Notes under the pieces: model-generated | The model's database searches: none | What the model was told of the DNA's origin: nothing | Seen by the model: only the letters and a program-made list of their open reading frames with translations | In this document: positions 39,895 through 47,957 of the stretch, in pieces | How the letters are laid out: every line of letters starts with the position of its first letter | How positions within the stretch are numbered: the stretch's first letter is position 1 | Source: Candidatus Thorarchaeota archaeon | GTDB taxonomy: Archaea; Asgardarchaeota; Thorarchaeia; Thorarchaeales; Thorarchaeaceae | Direction of reading: 5' to 3' | Length of the DNA: 64,000 nt | Assembly: GCA_011364985.1 (NCBI GenBank) | Contig: RDOC01000002.1 | Span: 123,538 to 187,537 of the forward strand | Translations under genes and position numbers: made by a program

Positions 39895-41358
39895 ATGTTA
39901 GAAGCTCGTGACTTAGTATTCTCATACGAAGGTACTCAGCCTATCCTTGAAAAAGTCACCATGCAGCTTCATCCTAGAGAAATTGTGCTCCTAACTGGCC
40001 CCACTGGGTCTGGCAAATCAACACTAGCCAAATGTTTGTCAGGTTTCATACCCCGTATGATTAAAGGGGATTATTCTGGGTCTGTTTTCATCGAGAACAA
40101 AGATGTTTCAGATCTTCTGCTATCCGAATACGCAGAGAAGGTTGCATTGGTACAACAGGATCCCGATGGGCAAATCTGTACTCTAAATGTAGGTGATGAA
40201 GTAGCATTTGGTCCCGAGAACTACTGCAAAGATACCAAAGAGATAGAGCGACTTGTAGAATCTTCTTTGTCATCAGTCAGTTCTTGGCATTTACGAAACC
40301 GTTCCACGCATAAGCTATCCGGTGGCGAAAAGCAGAGAATTATCATTGCTGCCATGCTCGCATCTGAGCCAGACTATTTGATTCTTGATGAATCTTCGTC
40401 AAGTCTGGATCCCAAAGGCACTCTTGAGCTTAGAGATGTTCTTGTTGCTATGAAAGAGAACAACTTGGGAATTCTTTGCATAGAACACCAACTGTCTGCA
40501 TTCTTGCCAATAGCTGACCGGATTTTGCAGATTTCTGAAGGAAAAGTAATTGAAACTCCCCAAAACAAGACATTTTCTGCAGATATTCCACAGAAATCTT
40601 CGGGTATGATCAGGATCGAAAACCCAGAGGAAGTTATTCGAATAGAGAACACAACCTTCTCCTATGGAAAACAAATAGCTGTGAATCAGGTTTCACTGAT
40701 CCTTAATCGAGGAGATTTCGTCGCTCTTATGGGCGATAACGGATCCGGAAAGACTACTCTATTATCCATGATAGCTGGTCTGCTTGAGCCAAGCATCGGA
40801 AAAGTTTTTCTGAACAGAAAATCCATATCATCATTTGCAAAAAGAGAGATCGCAAAGAGGATCGGAGTTGTTTTTCAGAATCCTAATCACCAAATTTTCG
40901 AGAGAACTGTATGGAAGGAACAAGTCCTTGGTTTGGAAGTTCTTGAATATGATATGGAAGAAAATCTGGATAATGCCAAGAACGTTCTCGATGCAATGGG
41001 ACTTTCTCCTTATAGTGAAAGAAATCCTTTCTCACTGAGTCATGGTCAGAAACGACGCTTGAATGTTTCTTCTGTAACTCTCCATGAACCAGAAGTATAC
41101 CTCTTCGATGAACCTTTCATTGGGCAAGATGCTGATGGGAGGAGAATTATCGCAGAAAAGATGACCCGCCGGGTTGAAACAGGGGGCATCTGTGTAGTTG
41201 TGACTCATGATCCCACCTTTGCAAGAGAATTCTGTAATCGGATCCTGTTCATGGAAAACGGTTCAATACTGCTCGATGGGAGCCCACAAGCGGTTCAAGA
41301 TCGTTTACAGGAAATTGGAAAGCCAGAATATACAGCTCAAGGGGGACAATCAGAGTGA
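39895..41358 (+). CDS. ecfA: ECF transporter ATPase, fused tandem EcfA-EcfA'
   Basis: Two ABC modules (GPTGSGKST / LSGGEKQR / LILDE and GDNGSGKTT / LSHGQKRR / YLFDEP). Confidence 0.85.
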   Translation: MLEARDLVFSYEGTQPILEKVTMQLHPREIVLLTGPTGSGKSTLAKCLSGFIPRMIKGDYSGSVFIENKDVSDLLLSEYAEKVALVQQDPDGQICTLNVGDEVAFGPENYCKDTKEIERLVESSLSSVSSWHLRNRSTHKLSGGEKQRIIIAAMLASEPDYLILDESSSSLDPKGTLELRDVLVAMKENNLGILCIEHQLSAFLPIADRILQISEGKVIETPQNKTFSADIPQKSSGMIRIENPEEVIRIENTTFSYGKQIAVNQVSLILNRGDFVALMGDNGSGKTTLLSMIAGLLEPSIGKVFLNRKSISSFAKREIAKRIGVVFQNPNHQIFERTVWKEQVLGLEVLEYDMEENLDNAKNVLDAMGLSPYSERNPFSLSHGQKRRLNVSSVTLHEPEVYLFDEPFIGQDADGRRIIAEKMTRRVETGGICVVVTHDPTFAREFCNRILFMENGSILLDGSPQAVQDRLQEIGKPEYTAQGGQSE

Positions 41359-42173
41359 GTACACGCTTTGGTTTTGTCCGCAGAGAAGGTACAATCCACA
41401 ACCTCAACCCTGCAATGAAGCTTCTTTCTCTAACCTTTCTGATGATTAGTATCCTAGTCTATCCAAGCTGGGTTCTAAGTGGACTGCTACTTCTTGTCAA
41501 TCTTGTGTCATTTAGAGCTGCTAGGGTTCCAATACGGATCTCATCAAACCGAGTACGGTTTCTTGTTATTTTTTCATTGGTTTTACTCCTGTTTCAAATC
41601 TTTTTGACTCCTAATGGTACAATTTTGACATATATTGTGCCTAAAATTGGTAACATTGGCCCGTTTATTCCAATAACAAGCTTTGGACTGGAGCGAGGAC
41701 TATCCATCTCACTCAGATTTCTTCTAATCGTATTCTCAAGTATGCTCTTTATCTCTGTAACAAATCCAACGCTACTTGCCCATGCACTCACCAAGTTCAG
41801 AATCCCGTACAGGTATAGCTTTGCTCTAGTTATTGCGCTAAGATTTCTTCCTCTCTTTGATATGGAAACAAACTTGGTGAGAATGTCTCAGAAATCACGA
41901 GGACTTTCTTCAGAAATTGGAGGGCTCAAGAAGATTATAAGAACAATCAGATACACTTTCTATCCACTGCTTGTTTCGGCACTATCACGAGTCGAAACTC
42001 TCTCGCTATCTATGGATGGGCGGGGATTTGGTTATAGACCAGAACGATCTTACTTGCAGGAGTCTACATGGTCAAAAACCGATTATCTGGTAATGGCCCT
42101 TTCAGTAGGTCTGTTATTCTTCTGCTTTCTCCTAGCACTAGGAATGCTTCCCGAATTGTCTGCAATTCTATGA
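41355..42173 (+). CDS. ecfT: ECF transporter transmembrane component EcfT (CbiQ family)
   Basis: Multi-TM protein with the R-x-x-x-A-L-x-x-R-type coupling helices (FALVIALRF..., MSQKSRG). It overlaps ecfA by 4 nt. Confidence 0.75.
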   Translation: MSTRFGFVRREGTIHNLNPAMKLLSLTFLMISILVYPSWVLSGLLLLVNLVSFRAARVPIRISSNRVRFLVIFSLVLLLFQIFLTPNGTILTYIVPKIGNIGPFIPITSFGLERGLSISLRFLLIVFSSMLFISVTNPTLLAHALTKFRIPYRYSFALVIALRFLPLFDMETNLVRMSQKSRGLSSEIGGLKKIIRTIRYTFYPLLVSALSRVETLSLSMDGRGFGYRPERSYLQESTWSKTDYLVMALSVGLLFFCFLLALGMLPELSAIL

Positions 42174-42179
42174 ATGATT

Positions 42180-44213
42180 CTATCTGTCCTGTTTCACGAG
42201 CAAATCTATCGATTCGAGTGCTTCCTCAACGCCGATGTATTCACCATTTTCTATTACTTTCGGATAATATTGAGAGTAAAGCTCGAAACACTTTCCCAAT
42301 GCTATAACATACCTATCAAGGTCGCTCAAGGTCGCTCCGTTTTCCTGTAAATGCCTAACTAGGTCCTGAGTTGCATCCTTAATGTTACCCTTGACTACTG
42401 ACCAATTCATTGCCGATCGACGCTTTCTTCTCTTCTTGCAGACAATAACCATATCATAGGCGATATTCTTCAAGTCGTGAAGATGCGTTGATGCTCTCAT
42501 CTCACTTCTGACCGGATATATTGTTGTCACGAAAAGTCCTGAATCCAGAATTGCTTGAAGAACGGCAGACCAAGCCTCTTTCTTCTTGTGGTGAAAAGTG
42601 AATACAAACACACCATCATCCTTGAGAATTCTATTGCTTTCCGAAAAGACCCGTGTGAGACCGGCTAGGAAGTCCTCTTTCCCCTTTTTCTGACTACGAT
42701 TCTCGATGACCTCTTCTTCCCAAGGAACTAGTTTTCCCTTGAACCAAGCATATCTATCCTTCAATGCCAATCGAAGCCAAACATAGAAGAAATTTGATAG
42801 CTCCGAGTACATAACATTTCCATAGTAAGGGGGGTCTGTGACTACTGCATCTGCTGTTTTATCTGGTACTTTCATTTGTTCGGATGACCCACAAAGAAGC
42901 AAGACTTTCCTTTTGCTGTCAAGCTCAGCATACCTACCAGCCATGGAGGCAACTAATCGTCTTCCAGAGGGCATCTTGACCATTGATTCGTTTTGAAAGA
43001 TTCTCTCAAAGGGTGACCTGCAGTACTCCTTTCCTTCAATCACTAAGTTGACAAAGGCCGTAAATGCGCCTCTACCTCGCGGCGTGTCATAGCAGTTTGC
43101 TTCCACCGGTGACATTGAGGGAGAATATGAGTGAGTTCGAAAGATATCCGTGATGAAACCTCTTGTCGCATTATATTTGGCGAACTTGTTGTTGTACTTC
43201 AGTGAGTTTGAGAAGGCAAGAATAAGAAACTCCTTGACATGCCAATCCTTGAGCGTAAGAATCCATCTATAGATCTTTCCCAAGTTTAGCAGCTGTCTTT
43301 CATTGAACATCTCCCTGAACTTTGTATAGCCATGATTCAGGGCCCGTTTGGTTTCTACACCATTGGGAATGGACGTATCTGGAATGGGGAGTTTGACATC
43401 TATCTCTCTGAACTCCTTCTTAGCAAGCTCCAATAGTTTAAGGTCTCTTTTGTCCGGGGCTTTGTAGCCTCTTCCATTCTTCAGATTTGGATTCTTCTTC
43501 TTTTCACATTTCTTACAATGGAACTCGATGGCATACATCTTCTCTCTTGGTATGCCATTTTGTCTGATCCAATCAACAATCTTCTTCGATTTGCATTCTC
43601 TGGTATGACAGTAGTAGTCCCGACCAGAAGTGTAGCTTGTTTCTGCAGGGATGAACACATGATTACATTTGGGGCACTTCGTTTCGTTTCTTCTGCTAAC
43701 AGCTTCAAAGATGTTCCAACAATGCTGACAAACGACAATATCTGAATCATTTACTAACGACTTTGCAAGGAAGAAATTGCGCATTAACGGAATCTCTTTC
43801 GCGCAATCTGGACAGGAGAGCTCTTTGCAGTAAAAATAATAAATCCCGTCCGCAAAGTCGCCGCACTCAGGACATTTTGTCCTGTAGTACTTTCTCAATT
43901 CCAGTCCAAGTTCGTTGTCGATCTGAACTAAGGCATCTCTGAGTAAATCAGGATCAATGTCTTCGATTTGTTTCTTTGTAATAAACCATGAAACAGGGTT
44001 CAAATCCCCGGCGACTACCGTGCAGCCAAGCTTCAGGGCCTCAACTACCGTGGTCCCACCGCCCATCATTGGGTCGAGAACGATCTTGTCTGAGAGATCA
44101 ATCCCCTTTGGATACCGCTTCCAGAGGTCCTGAATACTTTCGGTTTCAGCTAGTGAGTAGAGAAGAATGGTACGGAATATGGACCCAAGTCTCCGAGCCC
44201 ACCATTTATGCAT
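42180..44213 (-). CDS. DNA methyltransferase with DUF1156 N-terminus and zinc ribbons (COG1743-like); start apparently disrupted
   Basis: HKWWARR motif, SAM motif DPMMGGGTT, catalytic DPPY and several CxxC pairs. The conserved N-terminal sequence continues about 44 codons upstream of the listed ATG without any start codon. Confidence 0.75.
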   Translation of the reverse strand: MHKWWARRLGSIFRTILLYSLAETESIQDLWKRYPKGIDLSDKIVLDPMMGGGTTVVEALKLGCTVVAGDLNPVSWFITKKQIEDIDPDLLRDALVQIDNELGLELRKYYRTKCPECGDFADGIYYFYCKELSCPDCAKEIPLMRNFFLAKSLVNDSDIVVCQHCWNIFEAVSRRNETKCPKCNHVFIPAETSYTSGRDYYCHTRECKSKKIVDWIRQNGIPREKMYAIEFHCKKCEKKKNPNLKNGRGYKAPDKRDLKLLELAKKEFREIDVKLPIPDTSIPNGVETKRALNHGYTKFREMFNERQLLNLGKIYRWILTLKDWHVKEFLILAFSNSLKYNNKFAKYNATRGFITDIFRTHSYSPSMSPVEANCYDTPRGRGAFTAFVNLVIEGKEYCRSPFERIFQNESMVKMPSGRRLVASMAGRYAELDSKRKVLLLCGSSEQMKVPDKTADAVVTDPPYYGNVMYSELSNFFYVWLRLALKDRYAWFKGKLVPWEEEVIENRSQKKGKEDFLAGLTRVFSESNRILKDDGVFVFTFHHKKKEAWSAVLQAILDSGLFVTTIYPVRSEMRASTHLHDLKNIAYDMVIVCKKRRKRRSAMNWSVVKGNIKDATQDLVRHLQENGATLSDLDRYVIALGKCFELYSQYYPKVIENGEYIGVEEALESIDLLVKQDR

Positions 44214-44340
44214 GACGTAAACTGGTCTATAATGCCGTCTTCCAAATCCTGTCGATTCTCTCTCTGCAATCCTGTTTAATTCTACTATTGGAAATCCAAG
44301 CTCAATTGGCCGCTTTGGCAGGACAGAGCCTCCTCTTTTA

Positions 44341-44359
44341 AGTACTCATGATGAGTACT
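44341..44359. promoter_or_regulatory. 19-nt perfect palindrome agtactcat-g-atgagtact
   Basis: It lies between the nitroreductase-family gene stop and the methylase 5' end. It contains the only nearby ATG, which is out of frame. Confidence 0.5.
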
Positions 44360-44386
44360 ACGAGGCCTTTCAACCTTGCGAGTAGT

Positions 44387-45157
44387 CTACTTCACCTTTC
44401 CAACGGGAGCAAGATAGACGGTCATCTCTTCCTCCCCGTCAACGCCTATCAGTTCATCCATAAGCTTCTGATTATAGGCAGCTATGGCACAGGTTCCAGC
44501 TTCTATTGCCTCACAGGCAAGATAGAGATTTTGGCAAATATGACCTGCTTGAATGAGAATGTCCTTGTAACTCATGATGCTGTAACGCCATTCGGTCTTG
44601 TACGGTATAGCAGCCCATACAAAGATTACAGGGGCCTTTCCAATGAATGCTTGATACCAAGCATACTCCTCCAGTTCGGCTTCATCGGGAATCTCCTTTG
44701 GTACGTGAAGCAATTTATGCTCGATTGGAAGATAGCGATACAATCCTCTCCCCAGGCTCTCAACACGATTCACGATCAGGTAGGTTTCGAAGGGTTGACG
44801 GCTGCCTCCAGATGGCACAGCACGTTTTGTCCACACCTTATTCGGGTCAATCTCACGAACGCCCTGTGTCGTCCAGAGCAGAAAGGATAATTCCTCCAAG
44901 GAAAGCGCGTCATCAGTGAATGTTCGTCGGCTTTCGCGACTTGCAAGGGCGTCAAACAATGATACCCTGCTCATGTTAAAGTTCTTTGACTCAACTAGAT
45001 CAATCAAGATGGCACTGGCATCAAAGGGCTTTTCCAACGGCGGAGCATCAAACCCCTTTCTTTGATCAGGAAGCCACCAGCCCTCGGGTGGAATGGCTTC
45101 GTAGTCGTGAGCCTTCAGGAGTTCTCTTCTCTGCTTGATTATCTCATCGTACTTCAT
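44387..45157 (-). CDS. SagB-type dehydrogenase / nitroreductase-family protein
   Basis: ESRRTF...LS.EELSFLLWTTQG and PSGGSRQPFETYL motifs. Confidence 0.75.
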   Translation of the reverse strand: MKYDEIIKQRRELLKAHDYEAIPPEGWWLPDQRKGFDAPPLEKPFDASAILIDLVESKNFNMSRVSLFDALASRESRRTFTDDALSLEELSFLLWTTQGVREIDPNKVWTKRAVPSGGSRQPFETYLIVNRVESLGRGLYRYLPIEHKLLHVPKEIPDEAELEEYAWYQAFIGKAPVIFVWAAIPYKTEWRYSIMSYKDILIQAGHICQNLYLACEAIEAGTCAIAAYNQKLMDELIGVDGEEEMTVYLAPVGKVK

Positions 45158-45864
45158 CTAGCTGCATCTTCCTTGATGAATATCAGGAACATCGGCAGGA
45201 CAACTATCAGATAAGCGTCCTTGTTCACACTTTCAAGGCTACTGAGTTATCATTCTACTGCCACTAGAGATGCAACGTAGCTCTATCTAGCAGCATTCGT
45301 ACTATTTTGCATCTTGTGCATGGTGCTGATGATTGTACAAACTCAACCTTTCTGCCAATTCACTGAGGATACAGCCGCCATCACCATTCTCCAGCAGCTT
45401 AGCACTTACCAAACTGACTATCTATATAGTACCCCGACCGAATATATAAAGCATAATTAATTAATCAATTAACTTATTTATTACTGCGGCGATGCAAAGA
45501 GGATTACTTGAATATCGTGTTTATCATATTCATCTTAGTTCATCCAGCAAAACCTGAAACTCTAGCAAAAACTCATTTTCATTTACAATATTGTAGTCTG
45601 ATAAATCTCCCTCTTCAAGCTGGTGATATAAGTATTCCAGAAGAGATTCATGAAATCTTTCTGTTGACAGTTACATCGGATGGAGAAAGGGTGGAATACA
45701 GAAGTTACATGCAGTTGAATTCGCTCAACATTGGAGTGATGTAACAGGTCCGCAATGGACTGTAGGGGATGTCAATATCAATACGCATAACTCGAAATGA
45801 ATTGGAGCTAGGGAGGTCAAGCAGCAATCCTTTTAACATCATGAACTAGCACAAAATGCGGAAT

Positions 45865-46061
45865 CGGAGCGTAGCTCAATCTGGCAGTCTTGTGCACATC
45901 AGTGTACTCGGCCATTAGCAATGGACTGTAGAGAGCGGCCATCGTGACAGCTGTTCGCAGCTATCCATCGGTTGCCGGTTCGGCACGATTACCTGCGAAT
46001 TGTGCGCCGAAAAAATCGCATGTGAATTCCACAAGTGATGGCAATCCGGCCGCTCCGACCA
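45865..46061 (+). tRNA. tRNA-like gene with multiple insertions, anticodon unresolved; CCA encoded
   Basis: Perfect acceptor CGGAGCG/CGCTCCG + A + CCA. D arm GCTC-AATCTGGCAG...AGAGC interrupted by about 44 nt. T arm GCCGG-TTCG[about 60 nt]AAT-CCGGC. I could not fold the anticodon arm. Confidence 0.5.
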
Positions 46062-46095
46062 TCCTTTCTTATCCCTACCTTAACCGAGAAGCCAT

Positions 46096-46690
46096 CTACT
46101 TCTTCTGCCCAATTGTGATGCCACGGCTAACAATCTCCTGTTCGTGGATATGAGAGAGTTGTTCTTCAGTCGCATCTTCAAGCATACGGAAGTAATCAAA
46201 GAGAACCTGAAAGACTTCCTTGATTTTGGAGGGTTCTATCCCTAATTCAAGGAGGGTTTTTGTGGTGTTCGGTTGTTGTTTTTCAAACAGCTCTCGTCTT
46301 CTTCGTATCCACGCCTTTCGTTCCATGAAGTCGAATCTTGTGTCAGAGAGTGTGAATACCGAGTACCAACCGTGGCATCTGATATTCGCTAAACCGACCT
46401 TTTCGAAGAAATCCGGGTAGGAATAGTAAAAGGGGTTCTCCTGTTTGAGGTTGTCAAAGGCTTCTGTTCTTCTTAGAGACATGATGACATTGTATTGACA
46501 GAGTGTGTCAAATGCTTCTTCCACAGACTTATCGGGTACGAAATGTCGAGAATCAAGAGCGGGCTCGATGCAGACGACATATCTCCCCTTTCGAACTGCT
46601 CGCTTCATTCGTTCAATTGCAATCAATGGCCTTGGGAGATTGTGGATAACAATATGTGAAACGGTGATATCAAATTCATCATATAGGCTG
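46096..46690 (-). pseudogene. 5'-truncated class I SAM-methyltransferase-like gene with extra C-terminal domain
   Basis: The frame is open upstream of the listed TTG and reads LYDEFDITVSHIVIHNLPRP...MKRAVRKGRYVV (post-motif-I MTase segments). It then hits an in-frame TAG. No SAM motif I and no start codon are present. Confidence 0.45.
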
Positions 46691-46718
46691 AGTTCTTCTA
46701 GGGGAACCTAGAAGAACT
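46691..46718. other. perfect 12-bp stem / 4-nt loop hairpin
   Basis: agttcttctagg-ggaa-cctagaagaact. The in-frame TAG that truncates the methyltransferase-like frame lies inside it. Confidence 0.6.
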
Positions 46719-46941
46719 GAAAGGGTATGTAGACAAATTGACATCTCCCTATCGATAGTTCATTATTTTAGCAATAAGTACTCTTCCTAGAAATGCTGTT
46801 GATTTGCATACAAGTTGGGACAAATCCGGTTCTTCTCAAATACCCTTGATTACTTTCGGATGAATTTACAGCATTCCAATTTTTTTCCCCCAAATAGAGT
46901 GACTTATCTATTCCAGAATAGAAAGAGAACCTGATAATTCT

Positions 46942-47853
46942 ATGAGAATCACACTGAAAGCATGCCTTCCATTCTCCCTCTATTCCACCGTAAGATCTCA
47001 TGGCTGGCACCAGATGGCTCCATTCTCATTCAATACTGAACCTCTAGTTCTTGAGTATGTTCTTCAGCTGGAATCTGGTACGATTGCACAGTTAGAAATC
47101 AGCGAAACAGCAGATGGAGTTAGAGCTAGGACAGAAGAGAGTATCACCTCCGAAGAGAAGAAGGAACTGAAACAAAAAGTCACATGGATGTTGGGTCTGG
47201 ATCGAGATTTTTCGTCGTTTTACAGGTTGGCACATGATGAACCTAAACTGGCCCGGATGGAAGCGAAGGCTCAAGGGCGAGTTCTTCGGTCAGCTACATT
47301 CTTTGAAGATGTGATCAAGACAATACTCACAACAAACACGCTCTGGGCTGCTACCAAACGAATGAATCAGAATCTAGTTGAACAATTTGGGACTCCAGTT
47401 AAGAAAGGCTCATCACAGAAGGCATTTCCTACACCAACACGACTGGCAAGGACCAGTGAAGATGTCTTGCGAAAGGAAACAAGGCTTGGTTATCGGGCAC
47501 CATATGTGCTGGAACTAGCAGAGTCTATCAAGAAAGATGATATAAACTTGGAATCTTTTAAGAATTCAGACCTCCCTACAGAACAACTTCGCAAGAAGCT
47601 TCTTACAATCAAGGGCGTGGGTGATTATGCAGCTGCCAATTTACTGAATATTCTTGGCCGCTATGATTATCTTCCAATCGACTCTTGGGCATTGAAAGTC
47701 GTTTCATTTGAATGGTACAACGGGGCTTCTATTGGAAAAAAAGAGGTTGAAACTGCTTTCGAACACTGGGGCGATTGGAGAGGTTTGGCTTTCTGGTTCT
47801 GGGACTGGTCATATTATAAGAAAAGTGAAAAGGAGTCTGATGTAGAAATGTAG
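46942..47853 (+). CDS. HhH-GPD DNA glycosylase (AlkA/Ogg-like)
   Basis: Helix-hairpin-helix LLTIKGVGDYAAANLL followed by the catalytic-Asp region LPIDSWALKV. Confidence 0.7.
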   Translation: MRITLKACLPFSLYSTVRSHGWHQMAPFSFNTEPLVLEYVLQLESGTIAQLEISETADGVRARTEESITSEEKKELKQKVTWMLGLDRDFSSFYRLAHDEPKLARMEAKAQGRVLRSATFFEDVIKTILTTNTLWAATKRMNQNLVEQFGTPVKKGSSQKAFPTPTRLARTSEDVLRKETRLGYRAPYVLELAESIKKDDINLESFKNSDLPTEQLRKKLLTIKGVGDYAAANLLNILGRYDYLPIDSWALKVVSFEWYNGASIGKKEVETAFEHWGDWRGLAFWFWDWSYYKKSEKESDVEM

Positions 47854-47957
47854 GTCTGTGGATGGCATGGTTTTCTTTTCTCATTGTGTACGACATCTTT
47901 TCTTCGTAGAGGCTAACAAGGATGGATACTTGTATTGACAGATGCATTCCTTCTCAT

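Noticed and set aside
45326-45366. A possible C/D-box sRNA (cTGATGA ... CTGA about 38 nt apart) upstream of the nitroreductase-family gene.
   Set aside because: The internal D'/C' boxes are absent, the flanks do not pair, and the C box lacks the preferred purine. This is too weak to report.
45508-45744. The 78-aa plus-strand ORF in the AT-rich gap before the odd tRNA.
   Set aside because: It has a TTG start, no motif and a hydrophobic low-complexity beginning. A short protein-like fragment is also readable on the opposite strand. The region looks like decayed sequence rather than a gene.
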